A DNA stretch of 64,000 nucleotides from an uncultured virus (IMG/VR IMGVR_UViG_3300035696_001394). Its lineage: Duplodnaviria > Heunggongvirae > Uroviricota > Caudoviricetes. Every line of letters starts with the position of its first letter. Within the stretch, counting starts at the first letter, position 1. Location: the IMG/VR virus record IMGVR_UViG_3300035696_001394. One strand, 5' to 3'. The translations under genes were made by a program, and so were the position numbers. Under the pieces are notes generated by a model that saw only the letters and a list, made by a program, of their open reading frames with translations, was not told the DNA's origin and made no database searches. This document shows, piece by piece, positions 1-22,561 of this stretch.

Positions 1-387
1 TACGCGGGGCGTGGCAAGGCGGCGGGGCGGCGCGCCACCCCGGTGAATCCGGCGGGGTCCGACGGCCGCGCAGCACCCCGGCGCCGGCTCGACGTCGGCC
101 GCTGGCGCGTCACCCCGGCGCGCTCGCCGCGGGGGTCGATCGCCACCCGCCGGCCGGCGAGGTGGTCGCCTGGCGCCGGGAGCTTTTCTACGTCGTTACG
201 GGCACTTGCGCCTCGACCGTGAGGCGGGCCGCCAGGAGCCTCGCCGCCGGCCGACGCTCAGGGCGGCCGGCGCCGTCCGAGGCGCTCCACGAGGCGCCCA
301 GGGGCCTCGGCGAGCCCGCCAGGGCGGGGGCCGCGGGGCGCGGGCGCGCGGCGCGCGGCGCAGGCCCCCCGGGGGGCGGAGCCCGTC

Positions 388-819
388 TCAGGGCGTCGTG
401 CCTGCCGGGGCTGCCGCTGCCGGCGCGGGCGGTACCGGCTGCCGGGCCTTCGCCGCCTTCGACGTCGCGATGGGCGACGGGCTTGCGGCGACCGGCATGA
501 GCGCTGAAGGCGCCTCGGCTGCGACGGACGGTTCGGGCATCGACGACGCGAAGGCCGTAGTCGTCGCCAGCGCCGACGGGATCTCGGCCGGGATCCGTGG
601 CGCTTCCGCTTCGATGGTGATCGGCGCCCCCGTGCAGGCATGGATGACGAAAGCCAGAACGACGCCGACGCAGAGCGCGACGCTATGCGAGAGCATGTCC
701 TTGAACGGTTCGCGCGCGTACCACGGCTTGTTCGCGGGCGCGTGCTTCTCGCGATGCTCGCGTGACGCACGCATCTCGTCTCGCAGCTCTTTCAACACCT
801 CTTCGATCGGATCGCCCAT
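388..819 (-). CDS. Hypothetical membrane protein (charged helix, one TM segment, Pro/Ala-rich tail)
   Basis: ATG at 819 preceded by GAGG-like RBS; MGDPIEEVLKELRDEM..., hydrophobic VALCVGVVLAFVIHAC. Confidence 0.6.
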   Translation of the reverse strand: MGDPIEEVLKELRDEMRASREHREKHAPANKPWYAREPFKDMLSHSVALCVGVVLAFVIHACTGAPITIEAEAPRIPAEIPSALATTTAFASSMPEPSVAAEAPSALMPVAASPSPIATSKAAKARQPVPPAPAAAAPAGTTP

Positions 820-830
820 GTGCGTGCCCT

Positions 831-1925
831 CTACGACGCCTTCACTTCTGCCGCCGCGACGACGAGCGGGCGCGCCTGCGTGGCCTGCGCTCGCGCCAGG
901 ATCGCCTTGAGCCGGAGCTGGTCGGCTTGCATCGCCTCGCGCTCGTTGCCGAGTGCGCGCAGCGCGTGGTGCAGCACGTTGTACGGCCCCTCCCAGAGTC
1001 CGAACGGGTTGCGGAACAGGATTCTCTTCACATCGGCGCCGCATCCGCGGAAGAGTCCGAGCGAGATCGCGATGCGCGACCAGTACACGGCCTGTTGGTG
1101 TTGACCCGCCTTGAAGGCCGACCACCCGGCAAGCCACGCCAGCTCGCCGATCCCCGGATGGATGGCGAGCCCCTTGGCGCACGCATCTACGGCGTACTTC
1201 CATTCCTTGAGCGTCCCCCAGCACTGCGCCATGCGGTAGCACGCCCACGCGCTCTCCTCGTCCCACACACGCATGTCCGCACACGTCTTGAACGACTTGA
1301 TCGCGTCACGGTACTGTCCGAGGTTCTCCAGCGCGTCTCCAAGATAGTAGTGCCACCGCGCTTCTTTCGGACGCTTGAGGATGTGCGCGCGCAGGATGCG
1401 AACGTCGCGCGTGAACTTCTCCTTGAGCTGCTCGGGCGTCTTGGGCTTGTCGCAGAAGATGCAGCGCGTGAGCCGGTCCGCCCCGAGCGAGTCGGCGGGA
1501 TACGCCTCGTGCGTCGGCCCGTCGAACTTGCCGATCGCCGGCAGCTTGAAGAACCGCGGCTGCGTGTACGTGCCGCTCTCGTGCGCGATCATGAAGTGCG
1601 GCTTACGCGCACGTTCCAGCTCGCCGCGGATGTCTTCGCCGCGCAGATCGATGGTCTCGTCGGTGTCGACCATCACGGCCCACTCGCCGCCAGCTTCGTG
1701 CCCGGCCTTCAGTGCGAAGTTCCGCCCCGCCGCGAAGTCGTTGATCCACTTGAAGCGCCGAACGACGAGCTTGTCGCCCGCGATCTCGCGTGCGATCTCG
1801 ACGCTCCTGTCGGTGGCGCCCGTGTCGACGAGAACGACCGCATCGACCCACGCGGCGACGCTGGCGATGGCCTCGCCGATCGTCGCCTCGTTGTTGCCCG
1901 TCATCGTGACCGAAACCAGCCGCAT
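831..1925 (-). CDS. Family 2 glycosyltransferase with C-terminal TPR repeats
   Basis: LVDTGATDRS, DFAAGRNFAL, MVDTDE (DxD), THE, then TPR-like YYLGDALENLGQYRDAIKSF. Confidence 0.85.
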   Translation of the reverse strand: MRLVSVTMTGNNEATIGEAIASVAAWVDAVVLVDTGATDRSVEIAREIAGDKLVVRRFKWINDFAAGRNFALKAGHEAGGEWAVMVDTDETIDLRGEDIRGELERARKPHFMIAHESGTYTQPRFFKLPAIGKFDGPTHEAYPADSLGADRLTRCIFCDKPKTPEQLKEKFTRDVRILRAHILKRPKEARWHYYLGDALENLGQYRDAIKSFKTCADMRVWDEESAWACYRMAQCWGTLKEWKYAVDACAKGLAIHPGIGELAWLAGWSAFKAGQHQQAVYWSRIAISLGLFRGCGADVKRILFRNPFGLWEGPYNVLHHALRALGNEREAMQADQLRLKAILARAQATQARPLVVAAAEVKAS

Positions 1926-1952
1926 CCCCCGATCCTACTACTACTTCTCGGC

Positions 1953-2291
1953 TCAGCCCACGGGCCCCGGCTTCGTCGGCGCGGGTGCCGGCTTGGGTGC
2001 GGGCCTGGGCGCCGATTGGGGCGGCGCGGGCGCGGGCGTCGGCTTCGACGCCACGGCCTGAAGCAAGTCTCCGGCGACCGGCATGCTCTGCTCGTCAGGG
2101 ACCTTCACCCACTGGAAGTGCGCCTTGAACGGCCCTGCGGTTTGGTAGAGGGTCACTTGCCCGAGCACCGTGCCGTCGGTCGCGCGCACCACGTTGAAAG
2201 CACCCGTAGGCTTGGCGCCGCGCACCATGCGCCCGCGCATCATTGCGCTGACGCCCACGGTCCCTACTGTCCTGATCACCGTGCCTGCCAT
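1953..2291 (-). CDS. Hypothetical protein with Pro-rich C-terminal tail
   Basis: GGAG RBS; fills gap between neighbours; PAP/PKP tail. Confidence 0.6.
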   Translation of the reverse strand: MAGTVIRTVGTVGVSAMMRGRMVRGAKPTGAFNVVRATDGTVLGQVTLYQTAGPFKAHFQWVKVPDEQSMPVAGDLLQAVASKPTPAPAPPQSAPRPAPKPAPAPTKPGPVG

Positions 2292-2304
2292 GGACTCCCT
2301 CGTT

Positions 2305-11535
<9,231 letters not shown>

Positions 11536-11543
11536 CTAGCGTC

Positions 11544-12701
<1,158 letters not shown>

Positions 12702-12756
12702 TCAGACGTTGAGACGCGTGTTGTTAGTAGCGCACACGTGGCGGCCCTCTACGTGA

Positions 12757-15237
<2,481 letters not shown>

Positions 15238-15597
15238 TCAGTTCTTGTGGTGGCAGTTGTAGCTTTCCAGCTCGTACGCGACCTGCCACGAGACATGGTT
15301 GCGTGCGATGAGGCGCTTGAGCACCTCGTAGAACTTGTTGTCGTGGTCGGGGCCCGTTTCGAGGTGCGCCCGTTCGTGCAGCACGATATAGCGCTTGCCC
15401 TCGGGGCTCAACTTCCCGAAGTGCTCCGAGAACTCGACCTGCTTCGCGTCGGGATCGGTGCGTGCCAACCATGACACGTCGCTGCGCGTCGCCTTCTTGA
15501 CGACGGCCGCGCCACGAACGTGTGGCAGACGGAAGCAACCGTAGCGCTTCGAGAGCGCGCAGCCACGACGTCGAGTGCGCGCGCATCCGCGGCTCAC
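15238..15597 (-). CDS. RRYG-leader protein with minimal HExxH zinc-metallopeptidase-like domain
   Basis: GTG start overlaps upstream stop (GTGA); RRRGCALSKRYG; YIVLHERAHLETGPDHDNKFY. Confidence 0.7.
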   Translation of the reverse strand: MSRGCARTRRRGCALSKRYGCFRLPHVRGAAVVKKATRSDVSWLARTDPDAKQVEFSEHFGKLSPEGKRYIVLHERAHLETGPDHDNKFYEVLKRLIARNHVSWQVAYELESYNCHHKN

Positions 15598-16250
15598 GGG
15601 CTCACCACCATCGTCGGCGAACGACCTTTCTTGTCCATCGTCACGAAGTTGAGATCCGCGGCCCAAGAGCCGCTCGGCAACTGCAACGTCTGCGTCGGGT
15701 ATCCCTGCCACTTGGCGTAGTCGGCGAACGCGACTTGCTGCACGTTCGACAGCGACCGCCAGTAGCTCGTGGCGAGCGGGATGCCGTAGAGCTGCGCGGG
15801 CGTAAGCGGCACGCTGTCGCCGACGTACACCTCACCGCGGAAGCCGCCGCTGACGACGGCCGCGCAACGGTTCGTCGCGTAGTCGAGCGCGTCGGCCGGT
15901 GCGCACGCGCCCATCCCTTCCATGTCGCATGCGAGACAGAGCAGCGGCGTCGCGTCCTGCGGCAAACCGAGCGCCTTGGCGAGCGCCACGGCGCGCTGGC
16001 CATCCTGCGTGCCGGTCGTCGCGTTCCACCCCGAGGTGCGCGCCTCGCTGACGAACGCCACACCGAGACTCGCCGCGAATAGCCCCGCCAACTCGGCGAT
16101 CGTCAGGTTCTCCAAGTAGCGATTGACGAACGTGAACCCCGTGCGCGTGCCCGGCATCGTGAACGCAGCGATCTCCTTGGCGGTCGGCGCCGCGATGGGG
16201 CTGAGGCAGTCGATGCCGACCGCGCCGAACGGGATGTTGACGACCCTCAT
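15594..16250 (-). CDS. Putative peptidoglycan glycoside hydrolase (DUF1906/GH25-like barrel)
   Basis: GIDC..., FVNRYL, LTIAEL, GTQDGQRAVALAKALGLP, ACDME, WQ, DLN pattern. Confidence 0.7.
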   Translation of the reverse strand: MRVVNIPFGAVGIDCLSPIAAPTAKEIAAFTMPGTRTGFTFVNRYLENLTIAELAGLFAASLGVAFVSEARTSGWNATTGTQDGQRAVALAKALGLPQDATPLLCLACDMEGMGACAPADALDYATNRCAAVVSGGFRGEVYVGDSVPLTPAQLYGIPLATSYWRSLSNVQQVAFADYAKWQGYPTQTLQLPSGSWAADLNFVTMDKKGRSPTMVVSP

Positions 16251-18715
16251 TGCGGCGCCTTCCCCGTGTCGATACCGACGTGCTTCGCGGCGATGCCGTG
16301 AGGTACGGGCTTGTTCTTGTGCGCGTGGCGCATCGCATCGACCGCGCCGCCCATCGCGACGCCCGCCGCCGCACCCGCGGGACCCACCGTCAACCCGCCG
16401 ACGAGGCCGCCGAATCCGACGCCGACCCAATGCAGCCAATCGGTCTTCTTCTTGTACCCGTCGATCTTCTTCTCCGCGAGCTGCACGCCCTTGGCCGCCA
16501 CCGGGTTCTTCACGACCGTCGCGAGCACCGCCTGCGAACGCGCCGGCTGCGCGTTGCGCATGCCGTGCGTGATCATGTAGCCCGCGATCTCGGTCGGGTT
16601 CGTCACCTTCTTCGGCGGCGGGTAGACGACGCGCGCGACGTGCAGTCCGAGCGCCATGTCGTAACCGATCTGCTCGGCGGGCGAGAGAAGCTTGCGCTGC
16701 GCGATGACTTGGAAGCGCGTGACGGCGTGCTTCGCGAGCATCGCGCCGACGTCGTAACCGCGCTTGCTCGCCTCATCGTTGAGCTGCGCTGCCGCGCCGA
16801 CGATCGGACTCGATGCGACGATCTGCGCGCCGGCCGACGCCGTCTTGGCGATGCTCGCCGCCATCGCGTTGCTTTGGAGCGCTTGGAGCGCTTGACCGTG
16901 CCCCAGCGCCATGCCCGTCGTCAGCCCACCGGTCAGGTTCGTGATCGTGGATGCCGGAACCCCCTTGATCATGTCGGGGCCGTACTTGAGCAAGACGTCG
17001 GCGACGTTCTTGCCGCTCGCGACGGCTTGCGCGGCCTTGGCCGCCGCTTGCCCAACCGGCGGGAGCTGCGAGACGGCCGCGTCGATGAGCGCCTGATCGG
17101 GCTTCTTGCCATTGGCGATGTCCTGCGTCGCCTGCACGCCCGCCGAGATCACCTTCTCGGCTTCGGGCGGGATCGGCACGCCCATCGCACCCGCGGCCTG
17201 GCTGAGCGCATCGACCGTCAGGCTCGCCGCGTCACCCTTGCCGCTCATGACCGCGACGCCCGCGTGGTAGACCGCCTTGACGATCTCGCCGCCCGGGATG
17301 GACGCCGCCGCCGCATCGATCATGACCTGATCGATCGGTTCGCCGCTCGCGAGCGCGAGACCGGCCGCGATGGCGCCGCTCGCCACGGGACCGACGCCGG
17401 GCACCACTGCGATGACCGTCTCGATGTACGGCGCGAGCGTGTGGATGTCCTTCATCGCGCGGCTGATGTTGTCGAGCACCGCGTGATCGATCGACTTGCC
17501 GTGCGCGATGTCGTCCGCGACGTGCAGCGGCGTCAGCGAGTAGTCCCAATAGGCTTCGAACGCCGAGCCGACGATGGGGATCTTGCCGAGGGCGCCGCCG
17601 ATGGCACCCGACACGTCGTCGACCATCTTGAGGCCGGTGCCGGCGAGCGCACCTGCGGTGTGGACGACGTTGCCCACGAAGTCGCCGACGCCACTGAGGT
17701 TGATGCCGCCGCTCTCGTGGTGCCAGTTGACGTATACTCCGCCTGGCCCGTCGAACGGCCGACCCACGAGCTTCGCGTACGCAATCGCCGTGTCCTTCGA
17801 ACCGGGCCAATCGCTCTGCCAAGGCGGCGGATCGGGATAGATGTCGGCGAAGTTGAAGCCGCTCATCATCACGAACATGATGGCGTCCGGGTTGATCTCC
17901 GAATAGTCGTAGCCAAACCCTTTCTTGTGCGCGACGAGATCGGGCGCGAGACTCTTGACCTCACCAGTACCGCCCGGATAGACCGCCTCGACGGGTGTCG
18001 GTGCATAGTTCGTCAGCTCCTTTTCGAGCTTCGACGCCTGCGCGCCTTTGGCGATGACGTACGGGTGCGCCATCGCGTTGAGCGTACGCAGCTTGATTCC
18101 GAACGGTCCGGTGCCCGAACGCGTGAGAATGAGCGGCGGCGCCGCCTTGCGAATCGCGTCGAGTTGAGCCTGAAGCTTCACGGCCGTCGCGAGATCCGTC
18201 AGCGTCTTCAGTCCGAGCGGCAGTGGCATGCGCGCCGCATCGGTCTTCTTCCACCGCGGGTACACGGCTTCGATCGGCACGCTCGAATGCGCGAGCGCCG
18301 TAGCGCGCGTCCCCGATCGGATGATGTACTCGCGCGCGAGCGGGTTGAGGACTTGCGGCCCGGGAAGCTGAATACCCAAGATGGGAGACAGATGCACGGT
18401 CAGCGGCGGCGCGGCCTTCCTGATCCCTGCCAGCTCGGTCAGATCGTGAAGCTTCTGCGCGGCGGCGTCCGCCTTCGCCTTGGCGTCGGCCGCCGCTTGT
18501 GCTTTGGCGTCGGCCGCCGCTTGCGCCTGCGCTTCGATCTCCGCCTGCGCCTTCGCTTTCGCCTCGGCCGCCGCCTTCGCTTTCGCCTTCGCCCCACGGC
18601 TACGCAGCACATCGATCGTCGCGCCGACACCGCCGCCGAAAGCCGCGCCCAAAGGCCCCGCCGCGAGGCCGATCGCCGCCCCGGCCGCCGTCGCACTCCA
18701 AGAGGGCAGCTTCAT
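16247..18715 (-). CDS. Large Ala/Gly-rich protein with glycine zippers at both ends (putative virion membrane/entry protein)
   Basis: MKLPSWSATAAGAAIGLAAGPLGAAFGGGVG; Ala/Lys coiled coil; internal duplication; C-terminal GVGFGGLVGGLTVGPAG. Confidence 0.7.
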   Translation of the reverse strand: MKLPSWSATAAGAAIGLAAGPLGAAFGGGVGATIDVLRSRGAKAKAKAAAEAKAKAQAEIEAQAQAAADAKAQAAADAKAKADAAAQKLHDLTELAGIRKAAPPLTVHLSPILGIQLPGPQVLNPLAREYIIRSGTRATALAHSSVPIEAVYPRWKKTDAARMPLPLGLKTLTDLATAVKLQAQLDAIRKAAPPLILTRSGTGPFGIKLRTLNAMAHPYVIAKGAQASKLEKELTNYAPTPVEAVYPGGTGEVKSLAPDLVAHKKGFGYDYSEINPDAIMFVMMSGFNFADIYPDPPPWQSDWPGSKDTAIAYAKLVGRPFDGPGGVYVNWHHESGGINLSGVGDFVGNVVHTAGALAGTGLKMVDDVSGAIGGALGKIPIVGSAFEAYWDYSLTPLHVADDIAHGKSIDHAVLDNISRAMKDIHTLAPYIETVIAVVPGVGPVASGAIAAGLALASGEPIDQVMIDAAAASIPGGEIVKAVYHAGVAVMSGKGDAASLTVDALSQAAGAMGVPIPPEAEKVISAGVQATQDIANGKKPDQALIDAAVSQLPPVGQAAAKAAQAVASGKNVADVLLKYGPDMIKGVPASTITNLTGGLTTGMALGHGQALQALQSNAMAASIAKTASAGAQIVASSPIVGAAAQLNDEASKRGYDVGAMLAKHAVTRFQVIAQRKLLSPAEQIGYDMALGLHVARVVYPPPKKVTNPTEIAGYMITHGMRNAQPARSQAVLATVVKNPVAAKGVQLAEKKIDGYKKKTDWLHWVGVGFGGLVGGLTVGPAGAAAGVAMGGAVDAMRHAHKNKPVPHGIAAKHVGIDTGKAPQ

Positions 18716-18727
18716 CGCCAATTCACC

Positions 18728-19543
18728 TCACGCCACGATCAGCGTCGTGGTCTGTTGCGTGCCGTACGCGTCCGTCCATGTCAGCGACGTCGAACCCGAG
18801 TTCGGCGTCTTCGTGAGCGCCCCCGTGGCTCCGATCGGCGACAGATCGGACGTACCCGTCGCCAGCGCTTCGGAGACCCAACCCTTCGCACCCGTCGGCA
18901 GGTGCAGCGTGACGGCCGCACCGCTCGACTGAATCGTGCCCATCGAGCCGGGTGCGAGCGTGACGTTCTCGCCGACCTGCGTGACGACACTCGGGGGCGC
19001 AGACGGCAGCATCTTGACGAGGCTCGGGTCGGGACGGATCGATGTGTCGTGCGTGAAGAGGATGAGCCCGACGGCCGTCTTCGTGTCGAACAGTCCCGTG
19101 ACGGGCAGCGTACCGAGCAGCTTGTGCGCCTCGCTCGTCGACGCACCGTTGAGCGCGTTCTGGAACGCGCCGACGAGCCCACTCGTCGCCAACGACTTCC
19201 AGAACGTGTCGCCGCCGAGCACTCGATCGGTCTTGTGCGCCACGAGGTAGTCGTGGAGCGCCGTGGCCTCGGGCGGGATCGACGTCGCCGGAGCGTTCGC
19301 AGCGTGCTTGACCGTTTCGAGCACGTCCTTCGGCACCTCGGCGACGGACTTCTTGGCCGCGCTCGGGAACACGCCGTTGTGGATCGCCAGGAGCGTCTTG
19401 TCCGTCGGCGCGTGCTTGTGCCCGCGCATGAGATCGATGCCACCACCGATGCCGGCGCCGACCGCTGCGCCGATCGGACCGCCGCCCAAGAAGAAGCCGA
19501 TGACGGCACCTGCGGCCGTCGCTGTCAGCGCCGGGAACTTCAT
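18728..19543 (-). CDS. Glycine-zipper protein with peptidoglycan-binding-like domain
   Basis: GAVIGFFLGGGPIGAAVGAGIG; AFQ...TGLFDTKT; paralog of 19546..20190 and 26790..27470. Confidence 0.7.
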   Translation of the reverse strand: MKFPALTATAAGAVIGFFLGGGPIGAAVGAGIGGGIDLMRGHKHAPTDKTLLAIHNGVFPSAAKKSVAEVPKDVLETVKHAANAPATSIPPEATALHDYLVAHKTDRVLGGDTFWKSLATSGLVGAFQNALNGASTSEAHKLLGTLPVTGLFDTKTAVGLILFTHDTSIRPDPSLVKMLPSAPPSVVTQVGENVTLAPGSMGTIQSSGAAVTLHLPTGAKGWVSEALATGTSDLSPIGATGALTKTPNSGSTSLTWTDAYGTQQTTTLIVA

Positions 19544-19545
19544 GG

Positions 19546-20190
19546 TCAGCCTGCCCCGGCCGACGGATCGGCCGCCACCGGATCGTGCGTGTAGAGCGTG
19601 AGCGCCGCCGCCGTCTTGGCGTCGTACAACCCCGTGGCCTTGAGCGGCCCGAGCGTCGCGCTCTCGGGCGCGCTGTTGAACGCCGACTGGAACGCGGTGA
19701 CGAGGTAGTTCGTGTGCGCCGAGCGCCAGAACGTACCGCCGAGCATGCGATCGTACGGGTACTTCTGGAAGTACGCGTAGAGCGCGGTGGCCTCGGGGGG
19801 CGCCGTCGCAGGCGCGGCCGTCGCCACGGCCTGGAGCGTCGCCGGGGGCGTTGTGGGGGGCGCGGCAGCGGTGACGGCCGCCATGTGAACGGCCGCGAGC
19901 GGCTGCGCCGAGGCCGGCGAGAGCTTCTTGAGCGCCGCGGGCGAGACGGCCGGTGCGCCGTGCGACACGGCGACCATCTTGCCGCCCACGGGCACGAGCA
20001 CGAGTCGGCCGCGACCGGGCACCCGATCACCCTTCTTCAGATGACGGTGAGCCTTGCGGTAGCGCCACCAGTCGACTCCCGCGCCGAGAGTCGCGCCGAC
20101 CGCCGTACCGACTCCGGGGATGATGAACGACCCGATCAAGGCCCCCGTCGCCGTCGCGCCCACCGTACCGACCTTCGATGCGAGACTCAT
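19546..20190 (-). CDS. Glycine-zipper protein with peptidoglycan-binding-like domain
   Basis: GALIGSFIIPGVGTAVGATLG; AFQ...TGLYDAKTAAALTLYTHDP. Confidence 0.7.
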   Translation of the reverse strand: MSLASKVGTVGATATGALIGSFIIPGVGTAVGATLGAGVDWWRYRKAHRHLKKGDRVPGRGRLVLVPVGGKMVAVSHGAPAVSPAALKKLSPASAQPLAAVHMAAVTAAAPPTTPPATLQAVATAAPATAPPEATALYAYFQKYPYDRMLGGTFWRSAHTNYLVTAFQSAFNSAPESATLGPLKATGLYDAKTAAALTLYTHDPVAADPSAGAG

Positions 20191-20206
20191 GACTTGCTCC
20201 TCTTCC

Positions 20207-21439
20207 TCACGCGGCCCTGCGTCCGCCCATGACGAGCGCGGCGACACCCCCGACCGCCGCGACACCCGCGACGATCCAACCGACCTTGCTCTTCTTCTTG
20301 CCGGGCGCCGGTCCAAACCAGACGACACCGTTGTTCTTCACGAAGGCGCCCCACGTCGCCGGCAGAAGGTACGCCCACGCGCTGCCGATGCCGCCGGTCT
20401 TCGCCTTGTCGTACAAGTCCTGCGTGAGCTTGCGCGCATCGAGCGTCGCGAACTGCGACGGATCGACCGTCGACTTCGACGGATCATCCGGCGTGTCCGC
20501 CAGCTCAGCGGCCGACGCCACACCGCGGCTGAGCGCCGCTGCGTAGTCGGCGACGTTGAGCTGTCCGGCGGGGCTCATCGGGTCGTGCTTCGTGTCGCCC
20601 GCGTGCATGCCGCCGAAGTAGCCGCCCTTGTAGAGAATCGCGGCGTAGCTCGTCGGATCGGTCGGGGCACCTTTCGCGAGCGCCGGGCCCCACCAGTTGT
20701 CGCCGAACCAGTGGCGCGCAGCTTCGAGCGGGCTCGGAGCGATCCAGTACCACCCGATGTACGCGCCCTTGTTCGGATCGGAATCCCGATGCGCGAACGC
20801 GCCCCACCCCGCGAGTCCCTTCTTCAGACTCGCGAGGCTCTTGTCGACCTGCGCGGCGCCCATGTTGTTCGTGCCGCCGAGCGACGACTTGACGCCGGGG
20901 TACGCGCCTTCGGCGCCGCGTAGCTGACCGATCATCAGCGAGAGGAGCTGATCGGAGAGATCGTAGCCCTTCTCCTTGCCCGCCTGACGCAGCGCCGCGA
21001 TGACGGTCGCGATCTTGACGGGCGTGCCCGGCTTGGCCGCGCTCGCGGGGCCCGGCTTGAACGCCGACTCGATCTTGGACAGGGCGCCGGGGCCCTTGGT
21101 CTCCATCGACTTGAGCCCGAGCGCGGCCAGCGTCGCATCGCCGACGACGCCATCGGGGCCCAAGCCGTGCGCGCGCTGGAACGCCTGGACGGCGGCCTTG
21201 CTCTTCGGGCCGTAGGAACCGTCGACCGTGAGCGGCCCGAAGCCCTGCGTGTTGAGGGCGTCCTGCACGGCTTTGATGATCGTGACGTCGTGCGTGTAGT
21301 CGACGCCGAAGCAATCCTCGTAGCCGAAGGTGCCGCCCTTGCGCTCGTAGTTCAGGACGGGCGCGTCGGAGTAGTCGAGGAGGTATCCCTCATCGAGCGC
21401 TTCGAGCTGATCCTGTAGCGACTCGTAGAACTTTCCCAT
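20207..21439 (-). CDS. Peptidoglycan-binding protein with putative lysozyme-fold domain and C-terminal TM anchor
   Basis: VQDALN..LTVDGSYGPKSKAAVQAFQRAHGLGPDGVVG (PG_binding_1 pattern); AEG...NNMG...YAAILYKGGYF; C-terminal hydrophobic helix. Confidence 0.7.
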   Translation of the reverse strand: MGKFYESLQDQLEALDEGYLLDYSDAPVLNYERKGGTFGYEDCFGVDYTHDVTIIKAVQDALNTQGFGPLTVDGSYGPKSKAAVQAFQRAHGLGPDGVVGDATLAALGLKSMETKGPGALSKIESAFKPGPASAAKPGTPVKIATVIAALRQAGKEKGYDLSDQLLSLMIGQLRGAEGAYPGVKSSLGGTNNMGAAQVDKSLASLKKGLAGWGAFAHRDSDPNKGAYIGWYWIAPSPLEAARHWFGDNWWGPALAKGAPTDPTSYAAILYKGGYFGGMHAGDTKHDPMSPAGQLNVADYAAALSRGVASAAELADTPDDPSKSTVDPSQFATLDARKLTQDLYDKAKTGGIGSAWAYLLPATWGAFVKNNGVVWFGPAPGKKKSKVGWIVAGVAAVGGVAALVMGGRRAA

Positions 21440-22558
21440 CTACACCCCCAGAGCCTTGCGCGTGGGCGCGTCGACGGTGCCACTCTGCGACAACCCCTTG
21501 CTCTTCTGGAAGGCGGTGATCGCTGCCTTGCTCTTGGGCCCGAGCGCGCCGTCCACGACGAGCGGCCCGAAGCCAAGCGCGTTGAGCTTCGACTGCACCG
21601 CCTTCGGATCGAGCGGGGTGCCCGCCGCGATAGCGGCCGTCGAGCCCTTGAGGTGCGGCATCTTGATCGACGGCGCCTTGAGGTAGCTCAGGCCCGCGCC
21701 CGCCGCGACGCCGAGCGCCGCACCCAACGGGCCGCCGAGGAAGAAGCCCACGAGCCCGCCGAGACCGCCGCCGATGAAGGGGTGCCCTTTGGCCTTCGAC
21801 ACGGTGAACGCCGCGGGGTAGTGGAACTGATCGATCGGGGCCTTGTGCGAGAGCACCGCCGCCGCGTTCTGGAACATCTGCTCGTTGCCCTGATCGCGGG
21901 GCACGATGCCGGGGTTGATCGACTCCTCGTGCGCGGACGCCTGGCGCATGATCGATGCGGCCTTCACGAAGTCGCGCGTCGCGACCGCCGAATCGAACAG
22001 CGAACCGTTGCCGCCCCACACGCGCGAGAAGCCGGGGCCCCACGCCCACGCGATCGAGTGGAGCGCCATCTGCGCGTCCGCCGGCCAGTTCACGTAGTCC
22101 GGGTACTTCGTGACGAAGTAGGAGTGGTTGGCCGCGATCGTCTTGAGCATGAGCTGCTTCAGCCCATCGCTGTCGAGACGGATGCTCGTGAGCTTCTGGC
22201 TCGCCGTGCTCTGCGTGCTCGGCCACGCCTTCTTGACGGTGTTCCACGCGTCGCTGATCTCCGCCTGCGATGCGGGCGAACCATCGGCGTGCTTCCACGG
22301 CAGTGCGAGCGCCGCGCCGATCGGGTCGATCAGGTTGCCGGTGCCGGTCGTCACGTACCCCTTCGAGTCCGTGTACATGTACGGCAGGCCCGAGCCTTCC
22401 CACTGTCCGAAGGTCTCGGGCAGCGCGGCCACCACCGATGCGTGAAGCCCAGGGATCGACGAGCCGTCGTTCGCCGCGACCCCGAAGGGTCCGTAGGCGA
22501 TCAGGTCGTCGATGTCGCCCGGGTGCTCCAGCCACGGCTTGCGCTGCGCGGTCCTCAT
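21440..22558 (-). CDS. Phage lysozyme-like (GH24-type) muramidase with glycine zipper and PG-binding domain
   Basis: WEG..PYMYTDSKGYVTTGTGNLI catalytic pattern; GGGLGGLVGFFLGGPLG; VDGALGPKSKAAITAFQKSKGL. Confidence 0.8.
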   Translation of the reverse strand: MRTAQRKPWLEHPGDIDDLIAYGPFGVAANDGSSIPGLHASVVAALPETFGQWEGSGLPYMYTDSKGYVTTGTGNLIDPIGAALALPWKHADGSPASQAEISDAWNTVKKAWPSTQSTASQKLTSIRLDSDGLKQLMLKTIAANHSYFVTKYPDYVNWPADAQMALHSIAWAWGPGFSRVWGGNGSLFDSAVATRDFVKAASIMRQASAHEESINPGIVPRDQGNEQMFQNAAAVLSHKAPIDQFHYPAAFTVSKAKGHPFIGGGLGGLVGFFLGGPLGAALGVAAGAGLSYLKAPSIKMPHLKGSTAAIAAGTPLDPKAVQSKLNALGFGPLVVDGALGPKSKAAITAFQKSKGLSQSGTVDAPTRKALGV

Positions 22559-22561
22559 GGG

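Noticed and set aside
16247..18715. Tail tape-measure protein of a tailed phage
   Set aside because: It is Ala/Gly-rich, but no adjacent tail tube, chaperone or baseplate genes are recognisable. It cannot be fully excluded without searches.
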